Shown here: positions 28,806 through 36,533 of the stretch, piece after piece | Layout: every line of letters begins with the position of its first letter | Position numbering within the stretch: the stretch's first letter is position 1 | IMG/VR virus record: IMGVR_UViG_3300020185_004014 | Coordinates: 2,620 to 66,619 of that record | Length of the DNA stretch: 64,000 bases | Strand: one strand, 5' to 3' | Origin: a virus | Notes under the pieces: generated by a model | What the model saw: the letters and a program-made list of their open reading frames with translations, nothing else | Told to the model about the DNA's origin: nothing | The model's database searches: none | Made by a program: the position numbers and the translations under genes

Positions 28806-29441
28806 ATGAAAAATGTTTTAATGGCCCTTGGGTTGGCCTTAACTACCCTAGTTAGTTCTGCACAAACAACAGTTGTAGATATTATTGTAAATAGTGAAGA
28901 TCACACTTTGTTAGAAGCTGCAGTTGTAGAAGCCGGATTAGTTGAAGCTTTAAGTGATACAACAGGTACATTTACAGTATTTGCACCGACTGATAGTGCA
29001 TTTATTGCGTTAGCAACTTCACTTCAACTCGAACCTACTGACCTATTAGAGCTACAAAATTTAACAGATATTCTTTTATATCACGTACTTCCGGAAGTAT
29101 ATTTAGGAGAGGTGCTTCTTCCACCATCAATTAATTCTATGTTAACCACTTTACTCCCTGAAGAACCAATGTACATACAATCAGATGGCATGACTATTAC
29201 AATAAATGGCATAGCTTCAGTAACTGTGGCAGATCTTATTACTGACAATGGTGTTGTTCATGTTATTGATGCAGTTCTTGTACCTAATAGTACCAACTCA
29301 GTATCAGAGCTAGAAAATAAAATCCCACAAAATAATATTTACTACAATATTATGGGTCAAGAAATTGATAGTTATGATCAAATCCCTTTTAACTCCATTT
29401 ACATTAAAAATGGTGAAAAGTTCTTAAAGATCGAAAGATAA
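28806..29441 (+). CDS. fasciclin (FAS1) protein with signal peptide and T9SS-like C-terminal domain
   Basis: Signal peptide ending SSA-Q; TVFAPTDSAF, ILLYHV, NGVVHVIDAVL; tail YYNIMGQEI...IYIKNGEKFL. Confidence 0.85.
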   Translation: MKNVLMALGLALTTLVSSAQTTVVDIIVNSEDHTLLEAAVVEAGLVEALSDTTGTFTVFAPTDSAFIALATSLQLEPTDLLELQNLTDILLYHVLPEVYLGEVLLPPSINSMLTTLLPEEPMYIQSDGMTITINGIASVTVADLITDNGVVHVIDAVLVPNSTNSVSELENKIPQNNIYYNIMGQEIDSYDQIPFNSIYIKNGEKFLKIER

Positions 29442-29442
29442 T

Positions 29443-30216
29443 ATGCTTAAAAGGATAGAAGATTACGATAAAGTATTACCTGTATTAGAGGTATATCGAT
29501 GCGTGCAAAGTGAGGGCTCCCGTTTCGGGCGCCCCACTATTGCCGTTCGAACCACAGGATGCACTCATAGGTGCTACTTTGGTGAAGGTGGATGGTGCGA
29601 CAGTTGGTACACATCAATTCACCCTGAAAAAGGTACATTTACATTTAATGACATTATCAATATTTATGATGAGAACCCTCAAGTAAAAGAGATGATGTTA
29701 ACAGGGGGTTCACCAACAATGCATCCTGCTTTAGTAAATGAACTTACCCACTTTGCCAACGAAAGAGGAATCCTCATTACAATTGAAACCGAAGGGTCTC
29801 ACTTCGTGGAAACGGATTTTCCACTTGGTCTCATATCCCTTAGCCCTAAGTTTTCTAATTCTATCCCTGTTGTGGGTGTTACTACTCCCGGTGGTAAAGT
29901 TGTTGATGAAAGGTTTGTCAAACAGCATAACAAGTTTAGACTCCATTATGAAAATATTCAAAAAATGATCGACTTCCATAGTGACTATCACTATAAACCA
30001 GTGTGGGATGGAACTGATGAAGGTTTAGCCGAAATTGAAGAATTTAGAGTTAAAATGGATATTCCTAAGGACAAAACATTCGTAATGCCAGCAGGTGATA
30101 CAAGAGAAACATTAATTGAAATGTATCCCAAAGTATTTGAGATGGTAGCAGAGCATGGTTATAATATGACTGGTCGTGATCACATTATAGCATATGATAC
30201 AGAACGAGGAGTATAA
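29443..30216 (+). CDS. queE: 7-carboxy-7-deazaguanine synthase (radical SAM)
   Basis: VQSEG...GRPTIAVRTTGCTHRC...WCDS, LTGGSP, IETEG, SLSPK. Confidence 0.9.
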   Translation: MLKRIEDYDKVLPVLEVYRCVQSEGSRFGRPTIAVRTTGCTHRCYFGEGGWCDSWYTSIHPEKGTFTFNDIINIYDENPQVKEMMLTGGSPTMHPALVNELTHFANERGILITIETEGSHFVETDFPLGLISLSPKFSNSIPVVGVTTPGGKVVDERFVKQHNKFRLHYENIQKMIDFHSDYHYKPVWDGTDEGLAEIEEFRVKMDIPKDKTFVMPAGDTRETLIEMYPKVFEMVAEHGYNMTGRDHIIAYDTERGV

Positions 30217-30241
30217 TATCTGAATACAAAATAAAATTGAG

Positions 30242-30266
30242 AAAGGCACCTTTGGGTGCCTTTTTT
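30242..30266 (+). terminator. intrinsic terminator
   Basis: AAAGGCACC-TTTG-GGTGCCTTT followed by TTT. Confidence 0.85.
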
Positions 30267-30275
30267 AATATTTAT
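30267..30275 (+). promoter_or_regulatory. AATATTTAT motif (candidate late promoter)
   Basis: Directly after the terminator, upstream of ATG 30301. Confidence 0.4.
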
Positions 30276-30300
30276 TATAGAACGTTTTAAACAACAAGCT

Positions 30301-32277
30301 ATGAATAAATTATTTACTTTACTTTTACTGTTACTAACTCTTCCCCTTTTTGGACAAGATAGATGTGGAACCGATATATTATTTGAACAACAACTACAAG
30401 ATCCCAAATTTAAACGAAGCTATTTAAAACTTGAAAAATTAGCAAAGAAGGCAGAAGAAGCTAAAAAAGTTTTATCTATGCCTGATCTTCCCATTACAAT
30501 TCCTGTAATAGTTCATGTAATTCACTTTGGTGAACCTTACGGAACTGATTACCATTTACCTGTGGAATTTATACAAGAAGCTTTTGATAATTTAAATGAT
30601 AATTTTGCGGGAGAATTTAGTGATGACCCTACAACAAATACTCAAATAGACTTTTGTATAGCAAATGCTTCTACTGATGGAGAACCTATTGAAGGTATTA
30701 GATATTACGACTGGGATAATTTAGATATAGAGGAGTGGGATGCTACCGCTTTTTATAATAACCATATTGCAGTATCTAATTTATTGGGGTATGATAGGAA
30801 TAATTATTGTAATGTGTTTGTTGCCCCTTTTGGTAGCCCTTTAGGATTTGCTTACCTCCCCTCGTCTAATTTTGGGGTTTTTGTAGGTACTAATGCTTTT
30901 GGTATTACTAATACAGGGAATTATGGGTTAAATAGAACTTTAGTCCATGAAATGGGGCACTATTGTGGATTATACCACACATTCCATCAAACAAATACAT
31001 GTACTCCTACTAATACTAATTGTACATCACAAGGAGATAAAGTATGTGATACACCTATTACTACAGGAAACTTTGGGTGCCCCTTAAATGGGGGTGCTTG
31101 TGGGAATTCTTTAGTAGAGAATTTTATGGATTATACTAATGATGGATGTATGGATAGTTTTACTCAAGGGCAATCCTTAAGGATGTTATCACAACTAGAA
31201 ACCTTTAGACCAGGAGTGGTAAATAATAGTTTGGCATGTGGGGCTATTAATGGAGTAGATGTAGGGGTAAGTGGTTTAGCAGTACCTGATATTGGATGCT
31301 CTAATATTAAAGATATAACTTTTAATTTACAAAATTTTGGGGATAGTATAAGTGAAGCTACTATTAATTATTCTATAAATGGTGAAGATAATTTTATTAC
31401 TTGGATGGGTAATTTAGGCTTTGCTGAAAGTGAGATAGTGACTATACCTAATATTAATATGGGGTATGGTATTGTTGATATAGAGGTTAATGTAGAAGCA
31501 TTAGGTGACGTATATGAAGATAATAATATTAATACCCTCCAAATTAATAATTATGAAGGTACTTTTATAGACATTACTATAGAATTTGATGCTTTACCTT
31601 ATGGATTCGAATGGAGTCTATATAACTCAGATACTGAGGAATTAATTGATGAGGGGGGTTACTATGATAATGAGATATACGCATGTGAGGTTGAAACTAA
31701 CACCTATTGCTTAGAAGAAGGGAATTATGTTTTAGTTTTAGAAGACCTATTCGGAAATGGTATGTTTTACCCTTGTGGGGGTCCAACTTCTATTATAAAT
31801 GGTAATGATACTCTAAACACAGTAACAGGAAATTGGGGAGATGAAGAGATATTACCTTTTTATGTAGGTCCTCCTGACCCTTGCCCCCTATCAGATTGCC
31901 CTTGGGATGTAGATGGGAATGGGTACGTTTGGACTAATGACATACTTGTGATATTACAATATTATGGACTCGAAACAGAATGTAGTCCTTTTGATATTAA
32001 CCAAGATGGTGTAGTAGGAGTTGATGATATATTAGATGCTATTGCTAACTTCAACACAGAATGTACTACTGGTGAATTAACACCTGAAGGGGGATTTGAT
32101 GCTTTTTTGAAAAATGAACAAGAGGGTAAATTAGTAACAACTACTTTATATAACATGATGGGTCAAAAGGTCCAAGAGGGAAACCACCTAGACACAGGTA
32201 TATATATTATAGTTAAAGAATGGAATGTCCCTGAAGTGGGTGTTTTTGTTACTAAAGAAAAAATCTTCCGTGAATGA
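30301..32277 (+). CDS. secreted M43 (pappalysin/ulilysin-type) zinc metalloprotease with dockerin-like repeats and T9SS type A C-terminal domain
   Basis: Signal peptide; RCGT Cys-switch; IPVIVHVI; HEMGHYCGLYHTF; NFMDY Met-turn; DVDGNG/DINQDG EF-hand pair; LYNMMGQKV...TGIYII tail. Confidence 0.9.
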   Translation: MNKLFTLLLLLLTLPLFGQDRCGTDILFEQQLQDPKFKRSYLKLEKLAKKAEEAKKVLSMPDLPITIPVIVHVIHFGEPYGTDYHLPVEFIQEAFDNLNDNFAGEFSDDPTTNTQIDFCIANASTDGEPIEGIRYYDWDNLDIEEWDATAFYNNHIAVSNLLGYDRNNYCNVFVAPFGSPLGFAYLPSSNFGVFVGTNAFGITNTGNYGLNRTLVHEMGHYCGLYHTFHQTNTCTPTNTNCTSQGDKVCDTPITTGNFGCPLNGGACGNSLVENFMDYTNDGCMDSFTQGQSLRMLSQLETFRPGVVNNSLACGAINGVDVGVSGLAVPDIGCSNIKDITFNLQNFGDSISEATINYSINGEDNFITWMGNLGFAESEIVTIPNINMGYGIVDIEVNVEALGDVYEDNNINTLQINNYEGTFIDITIEFDALPYGFEWSLYNSDTEELIDEGGYYDNEIYACEVETNTYCLEEGNYVLVLEDLFGNGMFYPCGGPTSIINGNDTLNTVTGNWGDEEILPFYVGPPDPCPLSDCPWDVDGNGYVWTNDILVILQYYGLETECSPFDINQDGVVGVDDILDAIANFNTECTTGELTPEGGFDAFLKNEQEGKLVTTTLYNMMGQKVQEGNHLDTGIYIIVKEWNVPEVGVFVTKEKIFRE

Positions 32278-33809
32278 AAAAGTTAATATTAATTTTACTA
32301 CTTTTACCCTTTAATTTATTAGGTCAATGTGATGTAGCAATTACTGATGTAAACCTTAATACTTATGAGGTTACTATTGAAGTAATTAACTCTGAAGGAT
32401 GCACAGCTAATGGACCTGGTGGAGTAGATGGTGCTGTAACCATGTTACAGATAGGATACCACTTACCAGAAGCCATTGATCCTAATAATGAAGTTGTAGA
32501 TTTATTAACCCTACCTGATGCTCCTTGTAGCCCCCAATGGGTAGCCAATGGGTTCACTTTAGGAATGGTAGCAAACCAATACTCGGGATGGTGGTATAGC
32601 CCAACAGCAACCGTTACTTTTGACCCGGATTTAATGGGGGATGGTTTGGTAACAGGTGATGTGGTAGTAGTTCCACTTAATCCCCCTGGAGATTATGTAA
32701 ATACCCCATACCCCTTAGCGGAATGTGGTGATGATTTAATTGACTATTGGTTGTCTGAAGGTGAATGTATTGAATTTGTTGTATGGCAGTTAAATTATGG
32801 TGCTACTTGGCATACTGCTAATGGAGGATGGGCTGAAACTGCTAATGGCTACGTGCCTGACCCCTCTACTTACCAAGACCCTAACTGTAATAATTCATGG
32901 TACTTATGTAGAGATGAAAACCCAGGAGCAGCTGTAGCAAACCCTGATTTTTGTGAAACTATTTTAGACGAATGTAACGATCCCATAGCATGTAATTACA
33001 ATGAAAATTGGGGTGAACCTGGTGGGTTTTGTATATATTGTGATACACCTAATGGTGAAGAACTGTGTGAGGAGTATCAAAATGTAGGGGGTTATTGGAA
33101 TTTCTATTTTAATGCTTTTGACTGTTTAGAAGAAACAGAAAATGATACTATCTATATAGAATTACCTCCTGATACTATTATAGTTACTGAAATAGATACT
33201 ATTTATATAGAGTTACCTTCTGATACAATATATGAAATTGATACTCTTATAATTACTGTTACTGAAGTAGATACTTTATATATAGAATTACCTCCTGATA
33301 CTATTACTATAATAGAAATGGATACTCTTTATATAGAGTTACCCCCTGACACAATCATAGAAACTGAATTTATATTTGTAACTGATACTATAGTTGAAAC
33401 TGAATTTATAGTGTCAGTGGATACAGTTTATGTACTTTACACTGATACAGTTACAGTATATGAGTTTATAGAAATAAACTGTGAAACAGGATTACCTTGT
33501 AGTGAATTTAGAAATGAATGTAGTATTTACATACCAAATGCTTTCACCCCAGACAATGATGGGTATAATGATGCTTGGGAAATAGTGTTAGACCCTGAAT
33601 GTTGGACTGATGTTAAAGCTAAAGTAATAAGTAGATGGGGGGATGTTGTATGGGAATCTAACGATCCCAACAATTTAATTTGGAATGGCAGTTATGAAGG
33701 GGGAGATTATTATGTACAAGAAGAAATGTATATGTGGGTGTTTCAAGCACGAAAAAAAGGAACAACTGAAATTAAAGACTTAAAAGGATATATTACAGTT
33801 ATACGTTAA
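32274..33809 (+). CDS. secreted acidic Cys-rich protein with T9SS type B (gliding-motility-associated) C-terminal domain
   Basis: Signal peptide; CNDPIACNY; IYIPNAFTPDNDGYNDAW...SRWGDVVW...WNG...KGYITVIR. Confidence 0.88.
   Translation: MKKLILILLLLPFNLLGQCDVAITDVNLNTYEVTIEVINSEGCTANGPGGVDGAVTMLQIGYHLPEAIDPNNEVVDLLTLPDAPCSPQWVANGFTLGMVANQYSGWWYSPTATVTFDPDLMGDGLVTGDVVVVPLNPPGDYVNTPYPLAECGDDLIDYWLSEGECIEFVVWQLNYGATWHTANGGWAETANGYVPDPSTYQDPNCNNSWYLCRDENPGAAVANPDFCETILDECNDPIACNYNENWGEPGGFCIYCDTPNGEELCEEYQNVGGYWNFYFNAFDCLEETENDTIYIELPPDTIIVTEIDTIYIELPSDTIYEIDTLIITVTEVDTLYIELPPDTITIIEMDTLYIELPPDTIIETEFIFVTDTIVETEFIVSVDTVYVLYTDTVTVYEFIEINCETGLPCSEFRNECSIYIPNAFTPDNDGYNDAWEIVLDPECWTDVKAKVISRWGDVVWESNDPNNLIWNGSYEGGDYYVQEEMYMWVFQARKKGTTEIKDLKGYITVIR
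33144..33360 (+). repeat. four intragenic DT(I/L)YIELP(P/S)DT repeats (stalk)
   Basis: Units start at 33144, 33195, 33270 and 33321 (51-nt spacing within pairs). Confidence 0.85.
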
Positions 33810-33841
33810 CTTGATTTTTTAAATTTTTATATTTACTTTTA
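33810..33841 (+). promoter_or_regulatory. possible sigma70-type promoter for the thyX operon
   Basis: CTTG-N20-TACTTTTA. Confidence 0.4.
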
Positions 33842-33859
33842 TGGTAAATTATTAACTAA

Positions 33860-34510
33860 ATGAAAGTCACACTATTAAATGTTACCCCAAATGCTGAAGA
33901 CCACATTGTGGAGGTTGCACGTGTATCTAGTTCACGTAAGGATAAGAAAGCTAAACCGGAAGGCCTTTTATCATACCTGGTACGACACAAACACTGGTCA
34001 CCGTTTGAGCATGGGCACGCAACCTTCGAGATTGAAACTTCCAAAGCCATCGGTATCCAGCTCATTCGTCACCGTTCCTTTTCTTTTCAAGAGTTTAGTC
34101 AACGATATCAAGATGTTAATAAGCTAGAAGACATTTTTGAGCCAATTGAACTTAGAGCACAATGTGAAGACAACAGACAAAGCTCAACAGAAGTAATTGA
34201 CCCTTCTCTCCTTGCTTCAGGAGGTCCCATTAAAATCAGTACGATGATTGAAAATCACTTAACATCAGCACACAACTTATATAATAATTTATTAAAAGTG
34301 GGTGTTGCACGTGAACAAGCTCGTATGATTCTCCCACTTGCTACAACTACTAAAATTCATATGACAGGTAGTATTCGTAGCTGGATTCATTTTCTTGAAT
34401 TGAGGGATGATGAACATGCCCAAAAAGAAATTCAATTAATAGCTAAAGAAATCAAAAAACACTTTGCTAAAGAATTCCCAGTAATAGCTAAGGCCCTAGG
34501 GTACGTATAA
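33860..34510 (+). CDS. thyX: FAD-dependent thymidylate synthase
   Basis: HWSPFEH, RHRSFSFQEFSQRY, AREQARMILP, HAQKEI. Confidence 0.95.
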   Translation: MKVTLLNVTPNAEDHIVEVARVSSSRKDKKAKPEGLLSYLVRHKHWSPFEHGHATFEIETSKAIGIQLIRHRSFSFQEFSQRYQDVNKLEDIFEPIELRAQCEDNRQSSTEVIDPSLLASGGPIKISTMIENHLTSAHNLYNNLLKVGVAREQARMILPLATTTKIHMTGSIRSWIHFLELRDDEHAQKEIQLIAKEIKKHFAKEFPVIAKALGYV

Positions 34511-34512
34511 GC

Positions 34513-34956
34513 ATGAAACATTTATTTGTATTATTTAATTTAGTTTTTTTAGTTGTTATTGGTTGCCATTCCCAAAAAATAGGGTATGAGTTAAGAACAA
34601 ACGGTAAATCATACCTTACTATAAGTCATAAAATACACGATAAAGGTGGATTAGAATTAAGACACAAAACTGACTTAGGCGAAAACCGATTTACTTATAG
34701 ACACAATTTTAAAGTAACAGACAAAGTAGTGTTTAGTGTTCCACTTCACTACAAAAAAGAAAAAAACGAACCTACTTGGGAACCTCGTTTAATTTATAAA
34801 TTTGATAAATTTAAACTTTGGGTGCAACAAGAATTTTGGTTTGACGAGATATATAATTTAGCAATCGCAACCGACATACCTTATAAAAATTATGTTTACC
34901 GAGTTGGTTGGGATACATCAAACACAATACGATTTAGAATTTCAATTAAAATTTAA
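34513..34956 (+). CDS. small exported protein, probable outer-membrane beta-barrel
   Basis: Signal peptide; alternating amphipathic strands with aromatics; ends FRISIKI. Confidence 0.5.
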   Translation: MKHLFVLFNLVFLVVIGCHSQKIGYELRTNGKSYLTISHKIHDKGGLELRHKTDLGENRFTYRHNFKVTDKVVFSVPLHYKKEKNEPTWEPRLIYKFDKFKLWVQQEFWFDEIYNLAIATDIPYKNYVYRVGWDTSNTIRFRISIKI

Positions 34957-34965
34957 CACAACAAA

Positions 34966-35904
34966 ATGAGTTTATTAGCAATGGTAGGTTTTGCACTTGC
35001 CGGTTATTCAGTTATCGCTAACGATAGCGTTCAAACATTAGGCACTTGGATTGCCTCTAACAGAGAAAAATTTAAATGGTACGTAATGTGGGCTGCTGCC
35101 TCAGCAGTAATGATAGGCACCTTAGTTTATGGATGGGTTACATATGATGGAGATATTTCATTTGGAAGATTAACCAAAATACCATTCCAAGAAGTACAAT
35201 GGTATCATGCATTAGCTCCATTAGCACTAGTTGCTCTTACTAGAAAAGGTATTCCTGTATCCACTTCATTCCTTGTACTTTCAGCATTTGCTTCTACTTT
35301 TGTACTTGAAAAAATGCTACTTAAAAGTGTAGTAGGATATGGATTGGCAGCTATTGCAGCTTATACTTTATGGTTTATTGTTTCAAATTTCTTTAATGAA
35401 GACAAAGACATTAAAGAAGAAAATAAAAAATATTGGAGAATAGGACAATGGTTTACTACAGGTTTCCTTTGGTTCACTTGGCTTTCACATGATGTAGCTA
35501 ATATTGCTGTATTCCTCCCCCGCCAACTTTCAGTTGTAGAACTTATAGGAGTAATTACTTTCTTTACAGCTGGTTTAGGATGGATTTTCTACCAACAAGG
35601 GGGTAAAATTCAACAAATTGTTCTTGACAAACAAAACACTAAATATGTTAGATCAGCTACCTTTATTGATTTAGTGTATGCTTTCCTATTACTTTATTTT
35701 AAACAGATAAATAACATTCCTATGTCAACTACTTGGGTATTTGTTGGATTGTTGTGTGGTAGAGAATTAGCATTGAATACATACCTTACTAAAAAGGGTA
35801 ATCTTAAACAAGTATTCCCAATTGTTGCTAAAGACTTCCTTAAACTTTTAGTTGGACTGGTAGTATCAGTTGCAATTGTATTGTTAATACATTACGTTTT
35901 ATAA
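34966..35904 (+). CDS. PiT/PHO4-superfamily-like inner-membrane transporter
   Basis: Multi-TM; duplicated IANDSVQT / SHDVANIA and PVSTS / PMSTT motifs resemble PiT GANDxAN and PxSTT. Confidence 0.65.
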   Translation: MSLLAMVGFALAGYSVIANDSVQTLGTWIASNREKFKWYVMWAAASAVMIGTLVYGWVTYDGDISFGRLTKIPFQEVQWYHALAPLALVALTRKGIPVSTSFLVLSAFASTFVLEKMLLKSVVGYGLAAIAAYTLWFIVSNFFNEDKDIKEENKKYWRIGQWFTTGFLWFTWLSHDVANIAVFLPRQLSVVELIGVITFFTAGLGWIFYQQGGKIQQIVLDKQNTKYVRSATFIDLVYAFLLLYFKQINNIPMSTTWVFVGLLCGRELALNTYLTKKGNLKQVFPIVAKDFLKLLVGLVVSVAIVLLIHYVL

Positions 35905-35918
35905 TAAATTATCTTTTC

Positions 35919-35962
35919 ATTGCTATGGCAGTCACAGTCATTACTGGGTCTGTCATAGCAAT
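35919..35962 (+). other. long intergenic RNA hairpin
   Basis: ATTGCTATGGCAG pairs with CTGTCATAGCAAT (13 bp, one G-U), plus an inner CAGT/ACTG stem. Confidence 0.7.
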
Positions 35963-35983
35963 TATTTTAAAAAACAATAAAAA

Positions 35984-36457
35984 ATGAAACTAAGTAAAAA
36001 TCTATCACTAAGTGAAGTAATTAAATCAAACACTGCTTTACGTAGGGGTATTGATAACACTCCCACAGAAAGCCATATCAAAAACTTAAAGTATGTGGCT
36101 GAAAAAGTGTTCCAACCTATTAGAGATCATTTTGATGCCCCCATTTACATCTCAAGTGGCTATAGAAGTCAGGCACTAAATGAAGCTATTGGGGGGTCTA
36201 CCCGTAGTTTCCACTCCCATGGAATGGCACTTGATTTAGACCAAGATGATAGGAATCGAGGAGTTAGTAATGCTGATGTTTTCTTTTATATTAAAGAATG
36301 TCTTCCCTTTACTGAATTAATTTGGGAATTTGGTGATGAAAATAATCCTAATTGGGTTCACGTAGCAATTGCTAAAGGAAGGGAAGATGAAAAGAATACT
36401 AAAATTGCTAAAAAAGTAGATAATCGAACTATTTATAGTAAATTTGATTTAAAATAA
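35984..36457 (+). CDS. endolysin, peptidase M15 family
   Basis: SSGYRS, SFHSHGMALD, WVHV. Confidence 0.85.
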   Translation: MKLSKNLSLSEVIKSNTALRRGIDNTPTESHIKNLKYVAEKVFQPIRDHFDAPIYISSGYRSQALNEAIGGSTRSFHSHGMALDLDQDDRNRGVSNADVFFYIKECLPFTELIWEFGDENNPNWVHVAIAKGREDEKNTKIAKKVDNRTIYSKFDLK

Positions 36458-36460
36458 TAC

Positions 36461-36483
36461 AGGGGGGACGTAAGTCCCCCTTT
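36461..36483 (+). terminator. GC-rich hairpin with GUAA tetraloop (terminator or 5' stabiliser)
   Basis: AGGGGGGAC-GTAA-GTCCCCCTTT. Confidence 0.7.
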
Positions 36484-36533
36484 GTGTCACATAAATACAA
36501 TCCAATTTAATTTTTAACCAAAAACAAAAACAA

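Noticed and set aside
35950-35957. CTGTCATA Pho-box half site after the PiT-like gene
   Set aside because: Single half site, downstream of the transporter, and explained by the hairpin stem.
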